A stretch of DNA of 64,000 nt, from the NCBI GenBank assembly GCA_002633005.1, contig NMRA01000035.1, positions 1,393,059 to 1,457,058 on the forward strand, read 5' to 3'. This stretch comes from Phoronis australis (lineage: Eukaryota > Animalia > Phoronida). Of the stretch, positions 12,993 through 26,700 are shown piece after piece. The translations under genes were made by a program, and so were the position numbers. Numbering within the stretch: position 1 is the first letter of the stretch; each line of letters opens with the position of its first letter. The notes under the pieces are model-generated. The model did not search any database. It was not told the origin of the DNA and was given only the letters and a program-made list of their open reading frames with translations.

Positions 12993-14789
12993 CATGGCAG
13001 AACAGACGTTGTGGGAATTCGTTTCTAGTGTGAAAATGGTGAACCAGTTTTTAAAGCTGTGTTGAAATTTTGACTACGTTTAGAAATTTACATTATTAGA
13101 ACAGTGAACATGGGCGGGTGTTCGTGAAGCAAAAACTTGTGCCCATTGCGGTATAGTATTGTCAAGGCAATCCTGAATTTGCCAAAATTCAGCTTGGTAA
13201 TTTTGAAACGGGCAAGAACGTATGATGTACGATGTGTCCAAGTTATGAAGAACTACAACAACTTGATCGGTCTTTGAAAATTTACAACTGTGGCGAGTTA
13301 AAAGAATTCCTGCAACTTGTAATGCAGGTGGTAATGTATTGATGTATTGTGCAATTGGCAATAGTCGGGTGTAACATGCATCCAGTTTGATGCCTGTTAT
13401 TCGGTGGAGAAAACTAGCTTTCATTACCGTGCAATTTATTGCCAGGTGACAAAAATTGCCATTGTGAATTTTTGTAAATTATTAAATTTGTTTCCCAAAA
13501 TGAGAAAATTGTTTTGTATATTTATTTTTACCTGGTGTACGTTTACTGATCTTGCTACTAACCAAAAGTTCAAAGTTCAATTTTGAAGAAATTTATGTAA
13601 AGTGCGTTGAATTGATGAAGCTCAAACTATGAACATATACTGGTTCTCACTTTACCTGAATTGCGCTCTGGAGAACCAGCTTGCATTGTTATGCCTGGTA
13701 CCTTAAAATAGCAAAACCTAGCCACTGAAGTAATTGGTCAGTTATGTTGGAATGTTGCATTGTGGGAAAACATTTGCCATTAACGCTCCACAGGCGGAGA
13801 TTTCTTACCAAAAGTGCATGGCAAATGTCTTGCGTCTACAGCATGCAGCCCCTTGTAGCACAATTTCTGGCTAGTCCCGTGGGGACCTTATGCAGACAAT
13901 CCTCTGATCATACATGTATCTGAAGTTCTCTCAGAAGCCTGCAGGGATTACCAGAAATAGGCCAGTGAGCAGATTTTTGAAAACAACCTTTTAAAAACGT
14001 CAGTTGAAACCGAGTATATGCCTGGGTGTATTCTCGGAAACTGTATGAATCAGATGTTTTAAAGCATTGATATCACTAATTAGTCACTCACTACCGTTTT
14101 CAGAGCACATGAAAAAGATGCTGATGGTCCTTAAAATGTCTGTTGTTTGTGGTGATTAAGAATGAGTTTGTCTCAATGCAAGAAGTTGACTAACTGATTT
14201 ATACGTTTGTGTATATAAATAATAACAAAAAAGGTATTCCAAGACCTCCATTAGCGCGAGATGATCCAAACCATGTTTTTTTTATAAACGACTTATTTAA
14301 TGTGATTGTATCTCCGCTTAAAAATTCTTTTTGTCCATGTTTATTTCGCATTCAACAAGCACAGAACGTTAAAACTGTCCTTTATACTGACAATATAGTT
14401 ATTTACCAACAAAGTTAACCAATATCTCGCTCAATAATTTTGAGCGAAATGGCAACTCACAAAATATTTTTGGCCAAAATTTTTCAAAATTTACATCGAA
14501 ACATATATCGAACCATGCATATTTTCCGAAAACGCACTGTATGATCATGGATGAACTCTTGGAAAATGTTCCGCAAAAATATGTCCATGGGGCCTACTTT
14601 TGTATGGGCCTATATTAGGAAATTGCTGGTCCATAATAATTACAATGCCCAGGTTTGCCTCGATTGGCAAGATTCGATCAGATTTTTATAGGCCTACATA
14701 TGTATATGTGGGTGCTTTCATCTCTGCAGGATCATAGTGAGATTAGAGAGAATGAAAGGTTTCTATGAAGATGACGACGGACGACCCTG

Positions 14790-15891
14790 AGTTTCAAACT
14801 GTATTTGACCACTTTGCCCCCTAATGGCAGTTTAGTTTTTTACATTTACCTCTGTATTTTTAGAGTTCCTTGTTGGATTTTCATGAAATTTAGCAAGTGG
14901 GTTTCTGTTAGAAACGATGCCTTTTCATTTTCGATGTTAAAAAATTTTGAGCATGATTTGACGTTTGCCTTCCTATCCGCCAAACCGCTCCGAGGATCAT
15001 TATGAAAATTGGCTGATGTTTCTGACAAGATGGCCTGCACTGATTTTGGACAGGTTTCACTACTGTGGCAACCCCTAGTGGCAATTTTTGCATCCACAAC
15101 TGTATCCGAGTTGGACCAATTCGGCTAAAGGTATGCCCCTCGAGGCTGTTTTAGGTTTTCACGTTTGTATCTTGCGAGTTCCTTGGATTTTCATGAAATT
15201 TAGCAATTAGGTTTCCATTACCGAGGTGACGCTTTTTCATTTTCGGACAATTTGATTTACTCAGCATCAACTGGTACCAATTTAAAAATTTTGAGTACAT
15301 TTTTGATGTCCGCCTTTCTATCCACCAAACCACTCCAAGGATAATTATGAAAATTGGCACATTTTCCTGATGAGAAGTACGCAGTAGACACTGGATTAGA
15401 CAACTGTGGCAACCCCTGCCGTCAATTTTTGTTTTCTTGCGCTAACAGCTGCATCTACTCTACTCTTTGGAGGATCTTTGTGAAATGTGGCAGGTATGTT
15501 CCTATGGAGATAACGGATGAAGTTTCAGGTGTGCCCTCTATTGGCAGTTTCAGTTTTTTATGCTTTCCCCTTCTTAGAGTTCATTGGATATTCAGAAATT
15601 TGTCAAATATATGTAGGTTCTGCTAAGACTACAACTATGCCTTTCCATTTTCGAACAGGTTCAACATATTTTGTGGCCATTTCTATTATTTTAAGTTAAT
15701 TTACCTGCTCAAAATGGTATTGGGTGTCAGAGTTTTGTAATAGAAAGACTAAGCTTTCCCAATTTTAGACATGTTTATGTATTCTGCACCATCTAATGGC
15801 CAGTTTTATGGTACTCAAAAACACTATCAAAGACCACACCATTTGCAGTGCAGTCGTGGGCGCATTTCAACGCTTCGCGTTGTTCTTGTTT
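14790..15891 (+). mobile_element. Helentron/HINE (DINE-1-like) non-autonomous element with degenerate internal tandem cores
   Basis: recurring ggat(t/c)ttcatgaaattt(a/g)gca cores; 3' stem-loop caacgc-ttc-gcgttg followed by ttcttgttt; 5' limit approximate; 3' part repeated at 16037-16640. Confidence 0.45.
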
Positions 15892-16784
15892 ATATACGTG
15901 TGATTTAACAGCGTCAACAGTCTCCAAAAATTAAAAATGAACACATTTCATGTACACATAAAACATTTATTGTTCACATCATAAAAAGTATAAATGCCCC
16001 CAAGGCCCAGTAAAGATAAAATCTAAATACTTTTANATTTTTGATGTCCGCCTTTCTATCCCCCAAACCACTCCAAGGATCATTATGAAAATTGGCACAT
16101 TTTCCTGATGAGAAGTACGCAGTAGACACTGGATTAGACAACTGTGGCAACCCCTGCTGTCAATTTTTGTTTTCTTGCGCTAACAGCTGCATCTACTCTA
16201 TTCTTTGGAAGATCTTTGTGAAATGTGGCAGGTATGTTCCTATGGAGATAACGGATGAAGTTTCAGGTGTGCCCTCTATTGGCAGTTTCAGTTTTTTATG
16301 CTTTCCCCTTCTTAGAGTTCATTGGATATTCAGAAATTTGTCAACTATATGTAGGTTTCTGCTAAGACTACAACTATGCCTTTCCATTTTCGAACAGGTT
16401 CAACACATTTTGTGCAACAAAGTGGCCATTTCTGTTATTTTGAGTTAATTTCCCTGCTCAAAATGTTATTGGGTGTCAGAGTTTTGTAATAGAAAGACTA
16501 AGCTTTCCCAATTTTAGACATGTTTATGTATTCTGCACCATCTAATGGCCAGTTTTATGGTACTCAAAAACACTATCAAAGACCACACCATTTGCAGTGC
16601 AGTCGTGGGCGCATTTCAACGCTTCGCGTTGTTCTTGTTTATATACGTGTGATTTAACAGCGTCAACAGTCTCCAAAAATTAAAAATGAACACATTTCAT
16701 GTACACATAAAACATTTATTGTTCACATCATAAAAAGTATAAATGCCCCCAAGGCCCAGTAAAGATAAAATCTAAATACTTTTA
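15299..16784. repeat. Direct duplication 15299..16035 / 16037..16784 around a single N (16036); likely uncollapsed haplotypes
   Basis: near-identical copies with several SNPs and a 10-bp indel, junction exactly at N. Confidence 0.85.
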
Positions 16785-16786
16785 TT
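16715..16786 (-). promoter_or_regulatory. Candidate Lgl polyadenylation signals (AATAAA at 16781-16786 and 16715-16720)
   Basis: two AATAAA on the minus strand 0.8-0.9 kb after the stop, the distal one followed by GU/U-rich sequence. Confidence 0.45.
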
Positions 16787-17587
16787 ATACGAGAGATAAA
16801 ATCCAGTGCTTTCTATGACATGAACAGGTGGCTGACAAAAATAATACACCTACTACTTACAAAAACTTTAAGCAACCTAAAACAACGATAAGTGCGAACG
16901 ACACCAGACTTCCTAAAATAGTCCTAGCAATGCAAGCTGCTTGCTTCATAAATATTATCGTAAAAATTAAATTTACACATCTTTGATTAAATTGAGTGAA
17001 CAAAAATTATACATATACCTTGTGTTATAGGCACTGTATATAATGCCCGTGTTACAAATATAAGCAGTTATGGACAGAGCCACAAACGCCTGGTTCAAAC
17101 ACTGGAAGCCATTTCTACGACATCTAAATTTCCGAACAAAATCAAACGTGCCCAGTAAGCACCGACCAGATCCATCCAAATTTCCACAAACGACACAAAA
17201 CTAGCGACTGAAAAATTTAGAACCTGTCCCTACTCAAACTTACTACCAACAGGGCCACTAATTCAAAAATATACACTCGACATATAACATAACATTGTAC
17301 ATTTTATTCAAAACTGAAAAATTCCCTCAAAAATTGTTCTGCTATCCATTTAGAAGTTAGCCGTCCACTGCTCGATGCCAAGGTCTGTCTCCACAAAGCT
17401 AAGAAAACGATATAACTAGATCCAACGGCATGCGTAACAATACGTGAAAACAGCGTCGTGAAAAACATCAAGACTAAGATGTTTAAAAAGCAAAACCCTC
17501 ACACACAAAGACACTTTTAGCTGAGCAACTCATTACAGTATGGAATTTATATAAAAATAAGCGAAGAATAAGCAGTCGCCATTTCAT

Positions 17588-17776
17588 TTATTTCTTGCTC
17601 TTCTTCTTTTTCTTCTTATTTTTAGATGAAGTCGGCGGCGTAACATCATCCCCTTCTTCCGTTATTTTTAGTTCCTCAAGCTCCTCAGTAGGGGGAGCTG
17701 CCGCCGCTACCCCTTCACCACTGACTTCCGCTGTTTCTGATGGACTCTCGCCGTTCTCCGCAGGACTCTCAGTTTT
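17588..17776 (-). CDS. LLGL1: Lgl terminal exon (KTESPAENG...[13 protein letters not shown])
   Basis: tctttcAG acceptor, phase 0, TAA stop; acidic composition continuous with upstream tail exons. Confidence 0.7.
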   Translation of the reverse strand, partial: KTESPAENGESPSETAEVSGEGVAAAAPPTEELEELKITEEGDDVTPPTSSKNKKKKKKSKK

Positions 17777-20700
17777 CTGAAAGACATTCAACAAGTTGCG
17801 TGCAATCCAAGTGTTAAGTAACATTCGACAACATCGACATGGTTAAGCTGTCGATGGGCACTGCAGACTAAATGCATTTCATAAAACAAATCAACACCAG
17901 TCCACCAAAATGATTCCAAAACAGACCATTGTTTCAAATTTCTAGGGAGCTGCACCCATGCAACTTAATTTAATGGTAAAGAGGAACGTTTGCACCTCCA
18001 AACCCACATCACCGTATTCTTATCCTTTAATTGGATTGTTAGATAAATTGCCCAGAATTCTGACGGCCATACTACATTGGCCTGCCAGTTCATCTAAATG
18101 GGTGTCGTCTGAAGCAGTAATGTCCTGCCAGATCAACTGAATGGGTGTGGTCTGATGCAATAATAACCTGCCAGTTCATCTAGAGCTTAGTAATCAGTCC
18201 TCACCTGAGTGAAGAACATGAGATCGATTGCCTAAATGAAAACTTGTTTTAAAAAAATCGTTGCCTCTTAAAATCAATTTTAATGGATCCATGCCAATAT
18301 GATCACTCAACAAACCACTAGCGGTACAGAACCATACCAATACGATCACCTTGTCAAGCCACTAGTGGAACAGAACAACTGTGCCACTATCAACACAAAC
18401 AAATAGTTGGCAATGAACATGCTTTAAGAGAACCTGTAAACAATAATAGTCATGTACGTTAGTAGTTGTGGTTTCAAAGTGTGCGAATACTACACTATCA
18501 AGTCGGACAGCACACAAGCCACTACGCGAGATTTGAATGAGCTACCACACACACATCTTCTAGACACCCCAGGATGCACTCGGAAATCTTTGCCGAATTT
18601 CGCTTTCAATTTTTTAAATTCTGGATAGAAGAGAAGAAACCTTCCAAGCAAACACAAACACAAAAAGAAAAGCTTAGACAACATAGAAAAGGTTCGAGAT
18701 GTGCACAGTGAAACATCACAGTGAAACATCATAGGAAACAGGATCTGCAGAAATCCACCAGTCTCCAAGCAAATTTGATGCTCACTAATGCAATACAGCG
18801 GGCTTGGTTATAACCAAGTTTCACCCGGGATAATGATGACATCGCTCAACATGCTTCAGATGTCGTGTTACAGTCAAAGTTAATCAGTGGACAGAATACA
18901 AAGTTATGCGTGAATCTCTGTACAACAGTACGTGCTATTGAAGGGCCTGTGAACACCATAGTTCTATTGAAACCAACCAGAAATCACAGTAGTAATTAAC
19001 CACCCTTTGTAATTTCAGCCTCACTTAGATTTATGCTGATAAACAGCTTTCAAGGAGGGCTAGATGGATACAGCCTGATGATTAGTTAAAACATGACAAA
19101 TTGTGTCCACAAGCACTTTGAAAGCATTGAGTAAACGAAAACAGAGAGCAGGATGTGAAGTATAGTTAGTAAAAGTAATCTTATAAATTTGATACAACTG
19201 GACACTTGGAATAAATAACCAGCATTATAAAATAGAAACGTTGGTCACTTTAAGTAGTTACTTATTTTACTCTATGACTATCAACTGCAGAAATCAATTT
19301 CTGCACTTTTCTTCTGTCATCACTTCGTGAATTACAATAGTTTTCAAAAAAGTTGATTTAACTCATCTGAATTTGCTTTAGTTTGTCGAAGTCACAACAA
19401 AAATCTTAAAAAGAACCAGACAAAAAATAAGCCAGTCTCAAAATCTTCCCCGGCATTTCACAGAGTTCCAACGAAAGGGTATTTTGAAAGCTATTGTAAT
19501 GCAAACACCACAAAAAGTAAACAGGCAAGCAAAGACGAGAACCAAGTTGAAACCACAGGACCAATACTTTCAGGTTAGTAAAACTAAAACAAGATTGCAC
19601 ATGCCACAAATATTCAACTTGAAACAAAGATAAAATAAGTTCGAGGAGGTTCCACATGCCAAAAAGACTACCGTGAAACTCTACAGTACACATTGTGCAA
19701 CTGCAGAAAAATAAAAGAGAGTGTAATTTTGGTTAATTCAGATCTTCAATCATTTGTTTGTAATGCATCAAGACAAAGCAAGACTTACAACGTAAATTCG
19801 TAAGTACAACACAATAGGCACATGTGCAATCTCATAAGTACAGGTTACATAGAGAAGTGGATAATTAATACTTTAATAAGCAAATTAACACAAGTCAGCT
19901 TTAATAAACACCAAAAATGAAAGTGAGCAAATATATGTAAATTTATAGAGCATAGGAATTCATGCGAACCATTCTAGCAAAAGCAAGTACAAATTAGCTA
20001 CAGTTAATAAATACTTAAGAAGTCCACAAAATGCTCTGGGAGAAATCAGGGCCTGGGGTCTGCAGCCTTTTTACTCGAACTCAAAGTTACTACATTCTAA
20101 GTAGTATTTTAGTACCAACTAAAATGAGTGTCAATTATTCTGTGCTGGAGCATATTGTAGTTTACAGAGAACATTGTGCAATGCTATTGTATACTTGATG
20201 ACTGCAACACTAAAGCTTTATGAAGTGCAATCTTGAAATTTCGAGTTTTTCTAGTTTGTAGTTCCAATTTAGGGGTCATAAAGTGCAAACTCATTCGCAT
20301 ACTCCCAAAATTTACTTTAGAACAGAATCACAGAGTATTATTTTAAGTTCGCATTAAAGCAGAACAGAAAATGTCAAAAAAAGTTTATATTTCGTGTAAA
20401 AAGATCAGACCCTGGGCCCAGGCCAAAAGAAAAATCAAACTAATATTGAAGCACAGCAGACGTTAGTAAAACAATATAAGACCTCCCATTACCATGGCAC
20501 AGCAAAGTAAAATCAGAATTTGAGTCCAAAATTTAACAAAACATATTGGGAATTAGTGTAGAATAATGCCATCACCGTGGCTTGGCTTTAATTTTCCCCC
20601 AAAAAAGAAAAAATCAATTCACTATAAAGTTCCGAGTGAACTATAAATTGACAATATGCATCAATATAAGCCAAAGCAGCAATAATCAGCAAGGCCTAAT

Positions 20701-23700
20701 GACTACAGTGGATGCAGATTGAAAACTTTGGTGTCTCTCGGCAAGATGCTGTCTAGTTAACTCATTCTAACCTCCGACTCGGCAGTGGCATTTGTGTCGT
20801 CGTCCTTGTTGTCACCTGTTGAGAATAAAAAGTGCACGTGATTAAATAGAAAACGCAGGCACCTGAACCCGCTCTCTTACTACGCAATAAGATTCATAAT
20901 GTTCAACATTGCTACCCTACAACATCAAAATACCACATGTTCAGTGCATATTCAACGACACATTCCCCGTGACACAAATCCGTTTAAAAACAGAAATTTT
21001 GTTGAGAACCATTAGATGAAAAATGTCTCAAGAGGCTTCCCGCTCCAAGATCATGTAGCATTAAAGATTCGTATGTTTAGCACAAACTCAAATTAGATAT
21101 AATAATCTCTATGGTAAAATCTCACCAATTTTGGACAAAGATTATTGCAAAAGACTCTACCTTTACTTTTTATTTTTCCTGGGCTTCTGAAAGAACTGTG
21201 ATAGCCCAGAATTTTTCAATAAATGGTGTTGGACAGATACGGTACAGAAGATTGAAGCATCAATTTAATGTGGCTTCTCTTTAAATTTACGACAAAATGT
21301 GATAATACTTGTACATGAAGATGTGACAATAGTCTTGTACATGAGAGTGTCATAAGATGGCACACATTTTCCACACTACACGTTATTTCCCTTCACATTT
21401 TACCTCGCTGAAAAATGGGAAATCTCAAAAACTTCATAACCAATTGTGGCAGGAGTGCATAAGTGCAGGTCAAACACACAGAAATGGAAATTCAGGTTAG
21501 TTGTTATAGGTGAAGGACTGCCGTAAGTCAGATGCCAACACGCGAACAGGTAATCTGTTGAAATGTTCCCCTTGTGTGCTGGCGTAAAGACCAACCATCG
21601 AGAGGCAACAGCACTTGTTCGGTGTTGGCGCTAAAACAGAGAAACCAAAGCTACGATTTCACACAACAATGCAGATGGACAGCACCGCCACCCACCAGAA
21701 GTTCTCGTACCTGCCGGTTCAACAGCTGCAGGCTCGGCAGTCTGCTCCGAATCTGACTCTGCCTTCTCGCCAACGACCGCATCGGGTGTCTTAGCCGGGA
21801 CATCCTCATCAACACCAGAGTCCAACTTGGGCTCTGGCGTGGCCTCCGACACGGTTTGCTCAGCGAGTTTCTCAGAGTCAGACTTGGACAGTTCGCCGTC
21901 CTGAGCCTCTTTCGTATCGTCTGGAAGGGGCGCTTCCAACTGTTCTTCTGAAAGCCAATTCACGCGTTAATCCCATACAATCAAAAACACAGCAATACCT
22001 AGCTCAAGCAACAACAAACCACACATGCCAAAATAAACCTCAAGCGCCTACACACATACAGTACAAGGCAGAAGGAAACAAAATCCAGTTCCCCCTGCCA
22101 TGACACCTACTTCTGTTAACAGCAAAAATGGCTGGTAACAACTAATACAGAGGCAAAATTCTAATTGCAGAATGATTTGGCTATCTCACTTCTTGTCTTT
22201 TTAATTCCCGTTATTATGTCATGAGGTAAAGCTACTCTGACCAAGAGACAAAACAGAAACCTGCTGTTTCTTTTTCTAGTATATTAGCAATGGGAACTCT
22301 GGTGAGTGTCGGATATCAGATCACGATTTCCATGAGACAGATTCCAATTTCAACACAAAATTTTGCGACAAAACTATTTCTTGTTGCAAGCTGCCAACAC
22401 ATTTGACAAATGATCTGTAATCTTCATGCTAAAATCTGTATTTTGCATGTGAAAACTTGTCTGAAAATTTAAATTTCAATCAAATCATGGAGCAGTACAC
22501 CCCAAAACAACAAATTTCATATTAATCTCAACTAAAAAATGACCTTGAAAACTCAGGTCATCCATACTTTGCCGATGGCATGGTTGATTTCACCCAACCA
22601 GACCATACCTCAGAAGTCTTCATTATCTCTATGCAATTCCTGACACGTGCTGATGTAGGTGGTCAATTTGCTTTCCTGTTTTCTAAGTCTAATCTAACCA
22701 TGGAGTGCTAATCTCCAAAATTGTTTTCATCATTTGGACATCACCTCCAAAATGGATGAAGTCCAATAATTAAACCACGTAAGCGAGTTTTTCATTGGTC
22801 AGTCATACTAACTTCAAATGACCAATCACAACAGGGAAAGCCCGATATGCAAATTACATAATACAATATATGGAACTCAGGATAGATCCTACAGGCTGGA
22901 GCTTGCGCTAGACTATTTCTGTCGTTTACCCAATTTTTCTGGTCAATTATGCCACTTGAAAATGCCAGTAATTTTAAAGGTAAGGTATTTTTAAATTTCG
23001 AATGACATTTTAAGAGTAGCAGGTGGCAACTCTTAACTGAATGTTCAGTGTCTCATGTAACTTTGAAACAATTGCCTTCAGTTGACATTTTAACAGATTA
23101 TAATGAGTGTGGCTTATTCTATGAGAGCAACATTAAGTGTCAGTGTAAACAGTCTTCACGTTATCAATTGTCACGCAAAAGCTGAACCTCAACAGAAGAC
23201 ACACAACGAATTGTTAAATCAGATAAAATTAATAACAAACACACGGAAACAATGCATTTATGGAGCAGCACGCAGCCATTGGCTATCAGTTGAATCCAAA
23301 TAACACTGCACAAATCATAAGGCAGCCTTCAGCTGCATCTGGTTTTGTCATTACCTGCAGGTGTCTCTGTAGAGGCTGGGGTCTCCTCACTAGATGGCGT
23401 TGGCTCTGTAGCAGGCTCCTCCTTCGGCTCACCTTCCTCACTGGAAGTTAACAAATTCCAAATGACACACTGGAGTTGAGAACAGATATTGACGGGCTTT
23501 TAATTGATCAATGAGACGTCACATTAGAATAGACTGCTCAAAACAGAATGAAATCAACTAACCAACACACTTCCATTTCCAGCCAACAGGTGGATTTAAT
23601 AAATAATATAATACGCCCCAAATCCCAAACCGTAAGTCAGTGAGCATGTTTTCCATGTCAATAATCCTGTTTTACAAAGGAGTACCTCTTGTACTAAACA

Positions 23701-26700
23701 AATCCCTAAGCCCATCTTACAAAGAAGCACACCCAGTAATGAGCAAATCACGCACACAATTGAAACAGCCAAGCACTGTACTAAATTAGACACTCAAAAG
23801 GGGCCAGCAGATTACTATGCACTCTCCCATAAAGGGGTGGCATTATGAAACGTACCTTATTACTATCAGAGTTTACTGCAGACAGGAAAAATATCCGCAC
23901 GTACGGCCCGGGTATACATTTGGGAAAAATGTACGTGGTTCAGTTATCTGAGATCAATCCCATTCAGCTGTCAAATTACTGCTACTGTGCTGAGAGATAT
24001 TCAAATGATCCAAACAAAGGAGATCCAACGTTGAGCTCTCGCAACATGGCACAGCTGCGCAAGATTAATCCGTACCACAACAAACCTATATGTTCAAGAG
24101 GAAATGAACTGCCTCCAGAATGCATCAAACGTGTGCTGAAAAGAATAGTCCAACACTCCAAAACCATGTGAGGTTTTAGCTAACGTAGATAAACCAGTCC
24201 ACCTACATGGACTACTATACTCACTCCATATACTCTGTGACCGTGTCTACGGTGAGGTTGGCCGATGTGTCTTGCAAGCTAGTGTCGGCTCCAGCTGAAA
24301 CCGTGGTGTCATCCAGTGATGTCTTGGCAACACCTTCCGTGACCTCTTCAGTGGCGGCATCTGCTGGTTTTTCTTCCTCTTCTGTCTTAGTTTCGCCCTC
24401 AGCCTCAGCCGGCCTGGCACCAGTTGAACGAGATTAGTACCGCCACAATCAAAGTCTCACTTAATACATGTACCCGCATTATATCTATATACTTCATTTA
24501 TTAGATTGGTTGGTGACACTATGCGATTGATGCTTTTCTGATACTTACCGGTATCTTACAAGAACGCCTTTCAAGTTTTAAAACAGACACTAAGGCCAAT
24601 TCAATTTTCAGTGCATGACAATATTTCTTGACATTTCTGTCACTGACCATGTGATCCTCAGTGGCGCAAATGATCAAAATGTAATATTCCGGCTTTAAAA
24701 CTGCAGTATTGTATCTCAGCAGTTGTTTTTGTTTTGGTTAAGTTGTGCAAAGGCACATCTCAAAAAAATTTTATCGCAAATTGAAAGTCCAGGCACACAT
24801 TCCTTTTTAAATACTATGGTTACGTGCATACGTACTTCTCGGCCTCTGCAACTGGCTCTGGTTCTGGCTCGGGTTCCGGCTCAGGAGGGGTTGGTCGCAT
24901 ACCCTCCTTCAGTTCCAGTACACACAGGGGCACGGTCAAGTAACGTGCGGACAGAGAGAAGCGAGCGAACTCAGACGGCGAGGACAGGTAGAAGCCCTGG
25001 CCGTTCTTGGTAAAGACACAGGAAGAAATACCACTAGAAAGAACAAGGAGAGAGCAATTCAGCGACACAATTACAGGCAAGATTATACAATTTACGATGA
25101 CTCTTATTCAAAGCGCTTCTGTATTCATTCTATACTATAAACTGTAAAGACACTCCACGGAACACGACTGACTTGAAATACTCAAACTTTTTATCATAAG
25201 AATGCACTTTCATGCTTGATAAATTTCCCAAGAAATGTTTCAGCACTGCGGTATAACAAAAGTCCAGCATTACACATCGTAACAAGATATCAATGTCATC
25301 GAGAGTTATAACTTCTACATTCTTCATAACAAACTGACACTATGAATATTTTAGTGCTTCACTGCAACACAACAACAGAATCCTCCGCTTATTCTAGCTT
25401 ACAATGCAACACTTTTCATTAAAGGACCTCCTAGATTTTAACTTAGACAACAGAGGGTGTACCAGGAGGTGAAACAAGTCCGTGAGATACAGGGCGAAGC
25501 AGTGTACGCTTATATAACAGGTACTCTTTCAACAAGAGTCTCCGAACTTCTACTTTCATTCCTTTGTAGTGCTTTCTTAGCAAATCATCTTTTAGATTCA
25601 TGCATTGAGAATTCCTTTCCATCTTTTGGTTCTTTAATAATATGGAGATCTGATGCTCTTAATTCAACACTTTTAGCACTATGACTCACATATAGTTCTT
25701 TGATCGCTTCATCAGGAAGATACAGCCACCAACTTGTCGTATTCCAGTTTGAAGATTGTGAATTCAATTTGACCTAACACTGTATGGGACTTAGAAAGAA
25801 CAAATCGCAGTTACCCGATAATCACCCTGACGTGTTCCACACACCAACACATGGTATCAACCCAAGCCATTAGCAGAGACCACGGCATCAGTCACTCACC
25901 TGATGTCGTCCTTGCGCAGGCACTTGTACGTGGCCTGGTTCCTGAGGCCACGGATGGAGTAGACACAGAAGTCTCCTTGGTTGGTCAGGCATGAGATGAC
26001 ATTTTCACTGTAATTCTCATCTGGAAAATGTTTGCATCCACATGATGATACAGTGTAGTCACAACTTATTATCACCATTGTCATGATTACTTATTTCATT
26101 ACTAACTTTCAATGACCATAACCTTATAATACATGACCATTACATTAGATGATGGTTGTCAACCTTGTTCATGCATTCGAGGCAAGAAACACTTGGTCAA
26201 GGACTACCAACCAAAACATGACTCCACCTTGGTCTTCACAATTAAAGTTTATATTCCAAACCAGTAAGCTATACTGTCTAGTCCACAACCAACTTACTTT
26301 TCGAGTAAATGGAACACATTCAAAACGAAGCATGAATAAGAATTTGAATTAAAACTCCTAACAAAAACACCATTAGAACGTCACAGATAAATCATCACGG
26401 ATCATTTAAATGTCAAGTCCTCCTGAGCTCTATCATTTGCAGTAATTCTCAAACGGTGTTTAAAGCACACGATGAAAGGTCAATCAACACCATGGAAACA
26501 TACTATTTGTTCAGTAACTTCTGCCAAAAAAAAAAACAAAAAAATTAATTGCCACAATTATTTAGCAATACGCTATGAACCAGTCATTTAACTCACCACT
26601 CCGACTGCGGAAATTAGTGAAGCCTATCTTCCTGACACGAGAGCCCTCTTTAGCTGTCAGCTTCCACTTTTCTTCGGCTTTCAGAGAGGGCAGTGTGAAA

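Noticed and set aside
15354-16448. Apparent tandem gene pair (MAHFPDEKYAVD...)
   Set aside because: Lies in a repeat element duplicated across an N junction; assembly overlap with no protein similarity recognised
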